64,000 nucleotides of DNA, taken from the NCBI GenBank assembly GCA_040752575.1, contig JBFMGK010000003.1, positions 1 through 64,000 on the forward strand, read 5' to 3'. Origin of the DNA: Candidatus Bipolaricaulota bacterium. Lineage in GTDB: Bacteria > Bipolaricaulota > Bipolaricaulia > UBA7950 > UBA9294. Below, piece by piece: positions 53,767 to 63,449 of this stretch (position 1 is its first letter; every line of letters starts with the position of its first letter). A program made the translations under genes and the position numbers. Below the pieces are notes generated by a model. The model saw nothing but the letters and a program-made list of their open reading frames with translations, was not told the origin of the DNA and searched no databases.

Positions 53767-55608
53767 ATGAATCGTCTTGAGCAACGGCTCGCCGAGCTAC
53801 CATCCACTCCGGGGGTCTACGTCATGAAGGACGCAGACGGAACGCCGCTCTACGTCGGGAAGGCGGCCTCCCTCCGCGCTCGGGTGCGTTCGTATTTCCA
53901 ATCCGCCGAAGGACTGTCCCCGCGCATTCAGGCCCTCGTGGCCGAAGTGGAGGACATCGAGGTGATCCATACCTCAACGGAAGCCGAGGCCTTCCTTGTG
54001 GAGGATGCGCTGATCAAGCGACACCAACCGCGGTTCAACGTCCGTTTGCGCGACGACAAGCGATACCCCTACTTACGGATCACCCATGAGCCCTTTCCTC
54101 GTGTCCTCGTCGTTCGCCGCCGCGCTCACGGAGGCGGGCGTTACTTCGGCCCCTATACGAACGCCAAGGCCATGCGGGCGGCGCTGAAGATGGCGCAGAA
54201 GCTCTTCCCGATCCGCACCTGCTCGCTCGACCTGCCGCTCGCCGCGCCGAGGCGCCCCTGCCTCAACTACGACATCGGCCGCTGCCTCGGCCCGTGCGCC
54301 GGACTTGTGACGAGAGAGGAATACGGTGAAGCCGTGGACGGGGTCGCATCCTTCCTCGAGGGGAAGACGACCGAGCTCCTTCGCCGGATCGAGCACGAGA
54401 TGCGCGATGCCGCAAGCCAGATGGACTTCGAGCGCGCCGCCCGCCTGCGCGATCGGGCGGGTGCCCTGACGCGCGCCGTGGAGCGCCAGTCGGTCGTCTT
54501 CCCCGACGAGCGGGACCGCGATGTCGTGGGACTGCACATCGAGGGTGAGTGCGCGACGGCCTTCCTGTTCCTCGTTCGCGACGGCCGCGTCTGCGCACGC
54601 GAAACGTTCTCCCTACGCGTGCCGGACGGGATCACTCCGGCAGACGTTCTGGCGGAGTTCCTCGGGCAGTACTACGCGCAGGCGGCGGCGGTGCCGAGAG
54701 AGGTTCTCCTGCCCCTGGACTTGGGCGACGGCGACGAACTCGCCGACGTCCTCTCGGCCGCTCGGGGAACGCGCGTCCGTCTTGTCGTTCCCCGGCGAGG
54801 CGACAAACGGGCTCTGGTCGACCTCGCCTCCGAGAACGCGCGCTTCGCCCTCAAGGCAAGGGCCAAAGCCGACCTCGCTCGCGACCGCGAAGGCGCGTTG
54901 GTAGAGCTGGTGGACGCGTTGTCGCTTGCGGCACTTCCGCTTCGCATCGAGGCGTTTGACATCTCGAACACGCAGGGACAAGAAGCCACAGGGTCGATGG
55001 TCGTCTTCGAAGACGGCAAGCCTCGGCGAGACGCCTATCGGAGGTTCAAGGTCTCGCTCGCCGAGAAGCCTGATGATGTGGCCATGATGGCCGAGGTGTT
55101 GCGCCGGAGATTCCGTAGAGGGCTGGCCGAGATCTCCGATCCCACGGCAGGACGGCCCCGCTTCGCCGAGTTTCCCGATCTCCTCCTCGTCGACGGAGGG
55201 AAGGGGCAGCTTGGCGCCGCGGCACACGTCCTCCGCGAGTTGAACGTCGAGGGCATCGACGTGATCGGCCTTGCGAAGCGCGAGGAGGAGATCTTCGTTC
55301 CGGGCAAGGCGGATCCGATCCGCCTCCCCGACGGCAGCGAGGCGCTGCTGCTGTTGCGGCACGTGCGCGACGAGGCGCATCGCTTCGCGGTCACCTATCA
55401 CCGCAAACTTCGCGGCCGGCGCAGTCTACGCTCCATCCTCGACGACGTTCCGGGCATCGGCCCCAAGCGAAAGAGCGCTTTGATCCAGCGATTCGGATCG
55501 CTTGACGCCCTTCGCGCCGCGTCGCCGGACGAGATCGCCGCAGCCGGATCGATGCCGCGCTCGCTCGCCGAGCGAGTCCTCGACCACCTGCAGCGCGCGG
55601 CAACATGA
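53767..55608 (+). CDS. uvrC: Excinuclease ABC subunit C
   Basis: PGVY..YVGKA (GIY-YIG), DDKRYPY, RIEAFDISN, DGGKGQ, RDEAHRFA, HhH GIGPK. Confidence 0.97.
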   Translation: MNRLEQRLAELPSTPGVYVMKDADGTPLYVGKAASLRARVRSYFQSAEGLSPRIQALVAEVEDIEVIHTSTEAEAFLVEDALIKRHQPRFNVRLRDDKRYPYLRITHEPFPRVLVVRRRAHGGGRYFGPYTNAKAMRAALKMAQKLFPIRTCSLDLPLAAPRRPCLNYDIGRCLGPCAGLVTREEYGEAVDGVASFLEGKTTELLRRIEHEMRDAASQMDFERAARLRDRAGALTRAVERQSVVFPDERDRDVVGLHIEGECATAFLFLVRDGRVCARETFSLRVPDGITPADVLAEFLGQYYAQAAAVPREVLLPLDLGDGDELADVLSAARGTRVRLVVPRRGDKRALVDLASENARFALKARAKADLARDREGALVELVDALSLAALPLRIEAFDISNTQGQEATGSMVVFEDGKPRRDAYRRFKVSLAEKPDDVAMMAEVLRRRFRRGLAEISDPTAGRPRFAEFPDLLLVDGGKGQLGAAAHVLRELNVEGIDVIGLAKREEEIFVPGKADPIRLPDGSEALLLLRHVRDEAHRFAVTYHRKLRGRRSLRSILDDVPGIGPKRKSALIQRFGSLDALRAASPDEIAAAGSMPRSLAERVLDHLQRAAT

Positions 55609-55667
55609 CCCGGTGGAGCGGCTTCGCGGCGGGTTCTATACTCAACGAGATCGAAGAGGAGGACGGC

Positions 55668-56720
55668 ATGCAGTCGATCGAGGTGTTGCGGGAGCTGTCG
55701 GATGCCTTCGGCGTGGCCGGCTTTGAGGACGAAGTCCGCTCGCAGATCGAGAAGTTGATCCGTCCCTATGTCGACAGCGTGTCGACCGATACGCTGGGAA
55801 ACCTGATCGCCGTTCGCCGTGGGGCCGACTCGAGAGTCCTGATGCTCGACGCCCACATGGACGAGGTCGGATTCCTCGTAAAGTGGATCGACGACCGCGG
55901 GTACCTGCGGTTCGCTCCGCTGGGGGGATGGGACGAGCGCATCGTCCCCGGCCATCGAGTGGTCCTCAAGACGAGGCGCGATGAGAAGCGGCTGGGCGTC
56001 ATCGGCTCGGCGCCCCCGCACATCCTGTCGGCCGAAGACCGCGCCAAACCGATTCCCCTCGCCAAGATGTTCGTCGACGTGGGCGCAACGTCGCGCCAAG
56101 AGGCGCTGGATCTAGGGATCCAGATCGGCGATCCGTTCACGATCCACTACTCCTTCGCCGATCTCACCGAGGGCACCGTCACCGGAAAGGCTCTCGACGA
56201 TCGCGCCGGCTGCGCGGTGCTCATCGAGACCGCACGACGGCTTGCGGAGTCAGACCTTGGGATGACAACCGCCTTCTCGTTCTCGTTCGGCGAGGAGCTC
56301 GGCCTGCGTGGGGCGACGACGGCAGCGTTCCATATCCAGCCCACGCTCGCCCTCGCCGTAGAGGGAACGATCGGCGCCGACATGCCGGACGTCGCCGAGG
56401 ACTGCCAGCCGGCGCGCCTCGGGCGAGGCCCGGCGCTCAGCGTCGCCGACCGATCGATTGTGGTCTCCCCCAAGCTCCTGCGGAGCTTGGAAAAGACGGC
56501 CGACGAGCAGTCGATCCCTTACCAGTACAAGCTGCCAACGTACGGCTCGACGGACGCCGGGGCGATCCATCTGTCGCGCGGCGGCGTGCTGGCAGCCGTC
56601 GTTTCCGTGCCGTGCCGGTACATTCACTCGCCGGTCTCAACGCTTCGCCGCAACGACTTCGAGAACACGATTCGACTCGTGACCGCTTGGGTCGCGTCGC
56701 TACCCGGATCCGTCTTCTAG
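55668..56720 (+). CDS. M42-family aminopeptidase
   Basis: AHMDEVG, KALDDRAG, EELGLRGA, TDAG, RYIHSP. Confidence 0.93.
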   Translation: MQSIEVLRELSDAFGVAGFEDEVRSQIEKLIRPYVDSVSTDTLGNLIAVRRGADSRVLMLDAHMDEVGFLVKWIDDRGYLRFAPLGGWDERIVPGHRVVLKTRRDEKRLGVIGSAPPHILSAEDRAKPIPLAKMFVDVGATSRQEALDLGIQIGDPFTIHYSFADLTEGTVTGKALDDRAGCAVLIETARRLAESDLGMTTAFSFSFGEELGLRGATTAAFHIQPTLALAVEGTIGADMPDVAEDCQPARLGRGPALSVADRSIVVSPKLLRSLEKTADEQSIPYQYKLPTYGSTDAGAIHLSRGGVLAAVVSVPCRYIHSPVSTLRRNDFENTIRLVTAWVASLPGSVF

Positions 56721-56732
56721 GTACGGCAGGAT

Positions 56733-57959
56733 CTACGCTCGGGCGGGGACTCGCCGGGCCGCGAGGGCTTCCGTCACGACGTCGGCGAGGCGGCGTATCC
56801 CTTCGTCGATCGTCTCGGGGGTGGCGAGAGAATACGAGAGCCGTAGGGTGTTCTTCCCGCCGCCGTCGACGTAGGCTGAGGATCCCGGGACATAGGCCAC
56901 TTTGTGTCGGATGGCGCTCTCGAGCATCTCTTCGGCGCTGAGGTCCTCCGGCAGCCACATCCAGATGAACAGCCCGCCGTCGGGATTGGTCCAACGGAGG
57001 CCCGGCTCATCGGGCATGTACTTCTCGAGCGCCGCAATCATGGCTTCCTTCTTCGCCCGATAGATCGGCCGGATCTCGTCCAGATGTTGGTCGAGCCCGT
57101 GCCGCTGCATATACCTCGCGGCAATCATCTGCGTCAGCTTCGAGGTGCACAGATCCGTCGGCTGTTTGACGCGGATCAGTGCGTCCATGAGTTCTCCTCG
57201 CGCCACCAGCATGGCCAGTCGAAGTCCCGCCGAGAGAACCTTCGAGAAGGTCAACAGCATGATGGTCCGACCCTCGGTGTCCTGGCTGAAGATCGACGGG
57301 ATGGGCTCCCCAGAGAAGCGCAGGTGCCCATAGGGATTGTCCTCGAAGATCAACAGGTCGTAGGCGCGGGCAACCTCGAGAAGTCGCTGCCTCTTCTCGA
57401 ACGACATCGTGATGCCGCTCGGGTTCTGGAAGTCGGGGATCACGTAGATCGCCTTCATCTTCTTCCCTTCGCGACGCGCCGCCACGATTCGGGCCTCCAA
57501 CTCCTCGATGTCCATGCCGTCGTCCTCTAGCGGGACGCCGATCTTCGTGACCTGGAAGAGCGTGAACGCCTGGACGGCCCCCAGATAGGTCGGGAGGCCG
57601 CAGAACACCACGTCTCCGGGGTCGAAAAACGCCTTCCCTAGAAGATCCAGACCCTGCTGGGACGCCGTCGTGACCAGCAGTTCGTGGATCGAGACATCGA
57701 TTCCCTGAGGCTTGAGCCACTCGATCATCGCTTGGCGCAGCGTACGACTGCCTTCCGTCGTCCCGTACTGCAGAACGTTCGCCGCTTCGTTCCGCAAGAG
57801 GTCCGCCGCGATGTCGGCGAGTTCCTCATTGGGAAAGGTCTCTGGCGCAGGCAGTCCACCTCCGAACGAGATGATCTCGGGTTGCTCCGTCAGCTTGAGC
57901 AGCTCGCGGATGGCGGAACGCTTGGCGCCGGTGGCGCGACTAGAGAAGTGGTGTCTCAT
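56733..57959 (-). CDS. PLP-dependent class I aminotransferase (LysN/2-aminoadipate transaminase-like)
   Basis: SAIRELLK, ISFGGGLP, LQYG, PDFQNPSG, EDNPY, TFSKVLSAGLR, GGLFIW. Confidence 0.9.
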   Translation of the reverse strand: MRHHFSSRATGAKRSAIRELLKLTEQPEIISFGGGLPAPETFPNEELADIAADLLRNEAANVLQYGTTEGSRTLRQAMIEWLKPQGIDVSIHELLVTTASQQGLDLLGKAFFDPGDVVFCGLPTYLGAVQAFTLFQVTKIGVPLEDDGMDIEELEARIVAARREGKKMKAIYVIPDFQNPSGITMSFEKRQRLLEVARAYDLLIFEDNPYGHLRFSGEPIPSIFSQDTEGRTIMLLTFSKVLSAGLRLAMLVARGELMDALIRVKQPTDLCTSKLTQMIAARYMQRHGLDQHLDEIRPIYRAKKEAMIAALEKYMPDEPGLRWTNPDGGLFIWMWLPEDLSAEEMLESAIRHKVAYVPGSSAYVDGGGKNTLRLSYSLATPETIDEGIRRLADVVTEALAARRVPARA

Positions 57960-58036
57960 CGAACGCTCCTTAGACCGCCCCTTGACTCGCCCCGAAGATG
58001 AAGGCTCTGGATTCTATGCAACTCTTCGATGGGCTG

Positions 58037-58606
58037 TCAAAAGACCAGCCAGTGAAAGAGCGGCAGAAGGCTCGCGGCAACGAGGGTTCCGAGTACTGCT
58101 CCTCCCGCGATGTCGAGGAAGTAGTGCTCGCGTAGGTAGACGCGCGACAGGGCAATGGTCGTCGCGCCCAGACAGACGGCCGCCTGTACGGCGGGATGAG
58201 GGTAACGAACGGCGACGAGATAGGCGAGACCGAACGACGTCGTCGCGTGACCCGAGGGGAACGAGAAGGTGTCGATCACGCGCCCGCGAAAGCCCTCACC
58301 GTCGGCTTCCGGGCGCTCGCGGGACACGGCCATCTTGAGCAGACGCACGAGGACCAGATTCGCCACGGTGACGCCGAAACCCACGACGACGTTCCAGCGA
58401 TCGGCGGTCGTTCCGAACACGGCAAGGCCCGTGGCAAGAGCGGCCCAGACGTATCCGTCTCCGAGATACGTCGCCGCGACGAACAACCGATAGAGCTTTC
58501 GTAGCGCCTGCGCCCCGCTGAACGCTTCCATGGCGCGTTCGTCCCAGGCGTGGAGCGTGGCGAACAGAGGATCGAGTCGATCGCAGACTCGACTCCAGAC
58601 GCTCAC
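58037..58606 (-). CDS. PAP2-family phosphatase
   Basis: K....RERP, SFPSGH, SRVYLREHYFLD. Confidence 0.92.
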   Translation of the reverse strand: MSVWSRVCDRLDPLFATLHAWDERAMEAFSGAQALRKLYRLFVAATYLGDGYVWAALATGLAVFGTTADRWNVVVGFGVTVANLVLVRLLKMAVSRERPEADGEGFRGRVIDTFSFPSGHATTSFGLAYLVAVRYPHPAVQAAVCLGATTIALSRVYLREHYFLDIAGGAVLGTLVAASLLPLFHWLVF

Positions 58607-60069
58607 GCCTCGTCCCTCCGCCGGAGGGTCGGGAAGAGGATCACGTCGCGAATCGAGGCGGCGTTCGTCGCAAGCATGGCCAGCCGGTCAAGGCCCACGC
58701 CCATGCCTCCCGTGGGAGGCATCCCGTGCTCCAGAGCAAAAAGGAACTCCTCGTCGATCCGCTGAGCCTCTTCGTCTCCCGCCGCCCGAAGGGCCTCCTG
58801 GGCGAGGAAGCGCTCCCGCTGATCGACCGGGTCGTTCAGCTCGGAGAACGCGTTGGCAATCTCCATGTTCATGACGAACAACTCGAAACGCTCCGCGAGA
58901 TGCGGGGCGTCGGCGTGGCGCTTCGCGAGCGGCGAGATCTCTACCGGGTAGTCGGTCACGAAGGTCGGCTGCACGAGGTTCGGCTCGACGTAGCGGTCGA
59001 AGAGGTGTTCGATGAGTTGAGCCCGACCTAGCTGCGGAAGCCCAATCTGCCGCTCGGCGGCCGCGGCAAGGATCTCCGGTGCCGTGCGAGTCCCCACCTC
59101 GACCCCCGATGCCTCAGAGATGGCATCGAGCATCGACACGCGGCGCCAGGGAGGGGTGAAGTCCAGGGTTCGGCCCTGGTACTCGATGACGAGCGAACCG
59201 GCCGTCGTCAGAAGCACGGCCGCAACGAGCGCCTCGGCCAGTTCCATCATCCCCTCGACGTCGGTGTACGCCTGGTAGAGCTCGAGCATCGTGAACTCGG
59301 GGTTGTGCTTCGTGGACACCCCTTCGTTGCGAAAGCACTTCCCGATCTCGAATACGCGGTCGATCCCACCCACCAGCGCACGCTTGAGGTACAACTCGAG
59401 CGCGATCCGTAGGGTGAAGTCCACGTCCAATGCGTTGTGGTGGGTCACAAACGGGCGGGCGTTGGTGCCGCCGGGAATCGGCTGAAGGATGGGCGTTTCC
59501 ACCTCGACGAACCCTCGCCCCGTAAGCTCGCTCCGCAGCGTCGACATCATCCTCGCGCGGCGAAGGAATCTTTCTCGGCTCTCTTCGTTCGCCAGCAGAT
59601 CGAGCGAGCGATGCCGGTAGCGCAACTCGACGTCCTTCAATCCATGCCACTTCTCGGGAAGCGGTCGTGCGGCCTTCGCCAGGAAGAACAGGCGCTCGGC
59701 ACCGATCGTCAGCTCACCGCGCTTCGTGCGGAAGACCTCTCCCGCCACCGCCACGAAGTCGCCGACGTCGACCAGCGAGAGGTCCTCGTAACAGGAGCCG
59801 AGTCGATCGACGGTCGCATGCACCTGGAGCCGGCCGGTCGCATCGCGCAGGTCGACGAATGACGCCTTGCCCATCCCGCGGATCGCCGTCACGCGTCCCG
59901 CAACGGTTGCACGCTCGGAACTCGTCGCCTCGGCGGCAAGATTCACATGTCGTGAGACAATCTCGCCAATCCTCGTCGTCGGCGGAACGCGAGCCGGGTA
60001 CGGCTCCCGCCCACGGCGGCGGAGTTCGTCGACGCGAGCTAAGCGGGCGTGGAACAGGTCGTCGGACAT
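58603..60069 (-). CDS. lysS: Lysine--tRNA ligase (class II)
   Basis: PLPEKWHGL, EVETP, ARPFVTHHN, FRNEG, HNPEFTMLE, GMPPTGG. Confidence 0.97.
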   Translation of the reverse strand: MSDDLFHARLARVDELRRRGREPYPARVPPTTRIGEIVSRHVNLAAEATSSERATVAGRVTAIRGMGKASFVDLRDATGRLQVHATVDRLGSCYEDLSLVDVGDFVAVAGEVFRTKRGELTIGAERLFFLAKAARPLPEKWHGLKDVELRYRHRSLDLLANEESRERFLRRARMMSTLRSELTGRGFVEVETPILQPIPGGTNARPFVTHHNALDVDFTLRIALELYLKRALVGGIDRVFEIGKCFRNEGVSTKHNPEFTMLELYQAYTDVEGMMELAEALVAAVLLTTAGSLVIEYQGRTLDFTPPWRRVSMLDAISEASGVEVGTRTAPEILAAAAERQIGLPQLGRAQLIEHLFDRYVEPNLVQPTFVTDYPVEISPLAKRHADAPHLAERFELFVMNMEIANAFSELNDPVDQRERFLAQEALRAAGDEEAQRIDEEFLFALEHGMPPTGGMGVGLDRLAMLATNAASIRDVILFPTLRRRDEA

Positions 60070-60075
60070 GGATTC

Positions 60076-60555
60076 CTATTTCTTGATGGCAATCACGCGA
60101 AACCGCGAGGTTCCAGAAGGCAGGTCGGCCGTGACCTGGTCGCCCTCGCGCTTGCCAAGGAGTAGGCGTCCGACCGGCGAAGCCACGGAGATCTTCCCCA
60201 TCTCGAGGTCGACCTCGGCCGGGCTCACCAGGGTGAACGTCCCGCTCTCCTTCAGAGTCAGGTCCTGAAGGATGAAGCTCGATCCGATTCCGATGATATC
60301 GGTCGAGATCGACTCCTCGGGGAGGACCTCGGCGACCTCGAGAATCGACGCAAGGCGCCGCACTTCCCTCTCGTAGTACTCCTGTTGGCTCTGAAGATAC
60401 ATGTACTCTTTGTTCTCTCGGAGGTCGCCGCCGTTGAGCTTCGACGCTTTGAGCTTCTCGGGAATCTCCTCGTAGAGAATCTTCTCCGCCTTCTGAAGCT
60501 CCTGCTGCATGAGCTCATGGCCCTCTTTGGTGAGGGTGACCGTCTCTTGGTTCAT
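60076..60555 (-). CDS. greA: Transcription elongation factor GreA
   Basis: LTKEG, GDLRENKEY, ISVASPVGRLLLGK. Confidence 0.92.
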   Translation of the reverse strand: MNQETVTLTKEGHELMQQELQKAEKILYEEIPEKLKASKLNGGDLRENKEYMYLQSQQEYYEREVRRLASILEVAEVLPEESISTDIIGIGSSFILQDLTLKESGTFTLVSPAEVDLEMGKISVASPVGRLLLGKREGDQVTADLPSGTSRFRVIAIKK

Positions 60556-60914
60556 CGGGACTCCTCCCTCCGCATTGCCTCGTTCGTACCCCGAATCAGA
60601 AGCTCCATGATGTCTTCCACTCCCGCCTCTCGACACGCCTTGTCCGGCCGCACGACGATGTCGGCGCGTGGGAGATCGGGCGCACCGCAGCGAAACGCTT
60701 CGCGAATCAACCGCTTGACGCGGTTCCGCTCCACGGCGTTGCCGAATCGCCGCCCCAGAACGATGCCCACGCGCACCCCCTCGGGCCTGGGGCGCACGTG
60801 AAGAGAAAAGAGCTCTCCTTTCCACGTCGCACCTTCGCGAAACGCGCGCCGGAAGTCATTCTGACGCTTGAGTCGCATCGAGGCACGGAAACGGCGTTCG
60901 CCGCCGCAAGGCAT
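60552..60914 (-). CDS. rnpA: Ribonuclease P protein component
   Basis: RLKRQNDF, RVGIV, GNAVERNRVKRLIREAFR (RNR motif). Confidence 0.93.
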   Translation of the reverse strand: MPCGGERRFRASMRLKRQNDFRRAFREGATWKGELFSLHVRPRPEGVRVGIVLGRRFGNAVERNRVKRLIREAFRCGAPDLPRADIVVRPDKACREAGVEDIMELLIRGTNEAMRREESR

Positions 60915-60999
60915 GCGCGAACTATAGCTTCAACGTCTGTGTTGTTCAAGGTTTGCTCGACTGCGAGCGCGGAGCTTCTTGCGGTACACTCGCCGGACG

Positions 61000-62211
61000 A
61001 TGGACGAACAGCGCCCGCTCAGCGTGACGGAACTCAATCGCGCCGCTCGCCGCCTTCTCGAGGAAGCCATCGGCGACGTGTGGGTCCGCGGCGAGATCTC
61101 GGAAGCTTCGCACGCGCCCTCGGGACACGTGTATTTCACGCTGCGCGACGAGGAGGCGGAGATCAACGCCGTGCGCTTCCGCGGGCGGGCGCCCTTGCTG
61201 GTGACGCTCACACCGGGCATGGCGGTCCTCGTCTACGGCCGCCTGACGGTGTACGAACCGCGCGGACGCTACCAATTCGTCGCGACGCTCGTACAACCGA
61301 TCGGCGCCGGTCCGCTGCAGGCGGCATTCGAGGTTCTCAAGGAGAAGCTGCGAGTCGAGGGGCTGTTCGACCCGGCGCACAAGAAGGCGCTTCCACCTTT
61401 TCCTGAGAGGGTCGCCGTCGTCACCTCGCCGAGTGGTGCCGCCCTCCGGGACATCCTCGCCGCCCTCGCGCGGCGATGGCCCTTGTCCCACGTGCTCGTG
61501 TTCGCGGCTGCCGTTCAGGGGGAGACGGCCCCGGCGGAGATCGTTGCGGCGATCGAGCAGGCCGTGGGGTACTCCGAGTCGGTCGCCGCGATCGACGTGC
61601 TCCTCGTCGGCCGCGGGGGCGGCTCGGCCGAGGATCTCGCCGCGTTCAGTGACGAAGCGGTCGCCCGTGCGATCTACGCGTGCCCTATCCCGGTCGTGTC
61701 GGCCGTCGGACACGAGGTCGACGTGTCGATCGCGGACTTCGTCGCCGACGTGCGCGCTCCGACGCCTTCGACAGCCGTCGAGTTGGCGACGCCCAACGCG
61801 GCCGACGTGGTGCGGCAAGTGCGCCAAGGTGCGCGGCGGCTCCGAGTCGCCGTAGACGACCGACTGCGCGAATCGTTGACGGCCCTGAAGGCGGCTTCTC
61901 GCGTCGCGTTGTTTCGCGAACCGATGCGCCGCCTGGAGACCTGCGAGCAGAGGATGGACGGCGCCGTCCTCCGCGCAACCCGGGCCACTTCGTTTGCCCT
62001 TGACGCGCGGGACGCGCGGCTCTCGCACGCTCTCGACGTACTCAGGTTGTCGGATCCGCGGCGGCCGCTCGCACGAGGATACTCTATCACGATGCGCGAA
62101 GGGAGCGAGACGCCGCTTCGTGACGCTTCGACCGTCGCGATCGGCGAGCGGTTGCGCACCCTCTTGGCGCAAGGCGAGGTTGTGTCGAGCGTAGAGGACG
62201 TGAGGCGATGA
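61000..62211 (+). CDS. xseA: Exodeoxyribonuclease VII large subunit
   Basis: SVTELN, SGHVYFTLRD, RGGGSAEDL, SAVGHE, APTPS, RGYSI. Confidence 0.96.
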   Translation: MDEQRPLSVTELNRAARRLLEEAIGDVWVRGEISEASHAPSGHVYFTLRDEEAEINAVRFRGRAPLLVTLTPGMAVLVYGRLTVYEPRGRYQFVATLVQPIGAGPLQAAFEVLKEKLRVEGLFDPAHKKALPPFPERVAVVTSPSGAALRDILAALARRWPLSHVLVFAAAVQGETAPAEIVAAIEQAVGYSESVAAIDVLLVGRGGGSAEDLAAFSDEAVARAIYACPIPVVSAVGHEVDVSIADFVADVRAPTPSTAVELATPNAADVVRQVRQGARRLRVAVDDRLRESLTALKAASRVALFREPMRRLETCEQRMDGAVLRATRATSFALDARDARLSHALDVLRLSDPRRPLARGYSITMREGSETPLRDASTVAIGERLRTLLAQGEVVSSVEDVRR

Positions 62212-62423
62212 AGATCGAAGAGGCCCTGACCAAGCTGGAGGAGATCACGGCACGACTTGAGAAGACGGATCTCCCGCTCGAAGAAGCCATCGAGTTGTTC
62301 GAGATCGGCCTCAACGTGGCGGCCGAGGCCAAGAAAGCCCTCGAAGGCGCACGTCTGCGCGTCGATCAGGTTCTGGAGCGAACGCGAGGGACGTTCGACC
62401 TCGAGGCTTTGGACGGCTCGTAG
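62208..62423 (+). CDS. xseB: Exodeoxyribonuclease VII small subunit
   Basis: EEALTKLEEI...LPLEEAIELFEIG; ATGA overlap with xseA. Confidence 0.92.
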   Translation: MKIEEALTKLEEITARLEKTDLPLEEAIELFEIGLNVAAEAKKALEGARLRVDQVLERTRGTFDLEALDGS

Positions 62424-62431
62424 CCCGCTTC

Positions 62432-62437
62432 TATAAT
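62432..62437 (+). promoter_or_regulatory. -10 box of a probable leaderless trxB transcript
   Basis: TATAAT 7 nt before the ATG, no SD sequence. Confidence 0.65.
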
Positions 62438-62444
62438 CGCACCC

Positions 62445-63407
62445 ATGCAAGGATCGCCTTCGATCCATGACGTCGTCATCGTCGGCGCCGGTCCCGCGGG
62501 GCTGACGGCGGCCGTCTACGCGCGGCGCGGCTTGCTCTCGACTCTTGTGCTGGAGAAGGGGATCCCCGGGGGACAGCTCAACGAGACCGACGCCGTGGAG
62601 AATTGGCCGGGAAGCGTCCTCGTCTCGGGCGCCAAACTCATGGCCGACCTCCGCGATCAGGCCGCGCGGCTTGGCGCCGAGATCGTGCAGGACGAGGTCG
62701 TCGAGGTGATCGCGAGGCCGGGGGATCATCGGGTGAAGACGGCAAACGCTGAATTCTCCGCGCGGACGGTCATCCTGGCTCCGGGATCGAGAGCCCGTAA
62801 CCTGTCCGTCCCTGGAGCCGAGGAATTCAAGGGCCGCGGCGTATCGGTCTGCGCCACGTGCGACGGCTACTTCTTCCGCGACCAGCGCGTGATCGTCGTC
62901 GGGGCGGGCGATACCGCGCTGATCGAGGCGTTGTTCCTCGCTCGGCTCGCGGCGTCGGTGGCAATCGTCGTTCGCCACCCCCAGAGCGACCCGCGCGCCG
63001 TGCGCGGATCCGCGGCGCTGCGACGTCGCGCCGAAGAGGACCCGAAGATCCGGTTCTTGTGGAACCGGAATGTCACCGCGGTGATGGGTCAGACAAAGGT
63101 CGAGGCCTTGCGCCTCGAACGGCTGGACGATGGGACGCTCGACGAGATTCCTTGCGAAGGCATCTTCGTGAGCATCGGGCACGAGCCGCAGACCGACTTC
63201 CTACGGGGAGCCGTCGCCCTGGACGCCGAGGGTCGCATCGAAACGGACGATCGGCTGCGTGCGTCGGTTGGGGGCGTCTTCGCGGCCGGGGACGCACGCC
63301 GTACGTCGCACCATTACGCGCAGGCGGTCATCGCCGCCGCCGACGGCGCGATCGCCGCTCTGGAGGCGGAGTCATACCTCGTGTGGCGTCTTGCCGGGTC
63401 GCTCTAG
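62445..63407 (+). CDS. trxB: Thioredoxin-disulfide reductase
   Basis: GAGPAG, GGQL, GRGVSVCATCDG, GAGDTA, FAAGD. Confidence 0.93.
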   Translation: MQGSPSIHDVVIVGAGPAGLTAAVYARRGLLSTLVLEKGIPGGQLNETDAVENWPGSVLVSGAKLMADLRDQAARLGAEIVQDEVVEVIARPGDHRVKTANAEFSARTVILAPGSRARNLSVPGAEEFKGRGVSVCATCDGYFFRDQRVIVVGAGDTALIEALFLARLAASVAIVVRHPQSDPRAVRGSAALRRRAEEDPKIRFLWNRNVTAVMGQTKVEALRLERLDDGTLDEIPCEGIFVSIGHEPQTDFLRGAVALDAEGRIETDDRLRASVGGVFAAGDARRTSHHYAQAVIAAADGAIAALEAESYLVWRLAGSL

Positions 63408-63449
63408 GACCTCGGAAAGCGCGGCACGAGAGAAAGAGGAGGAAGATCC

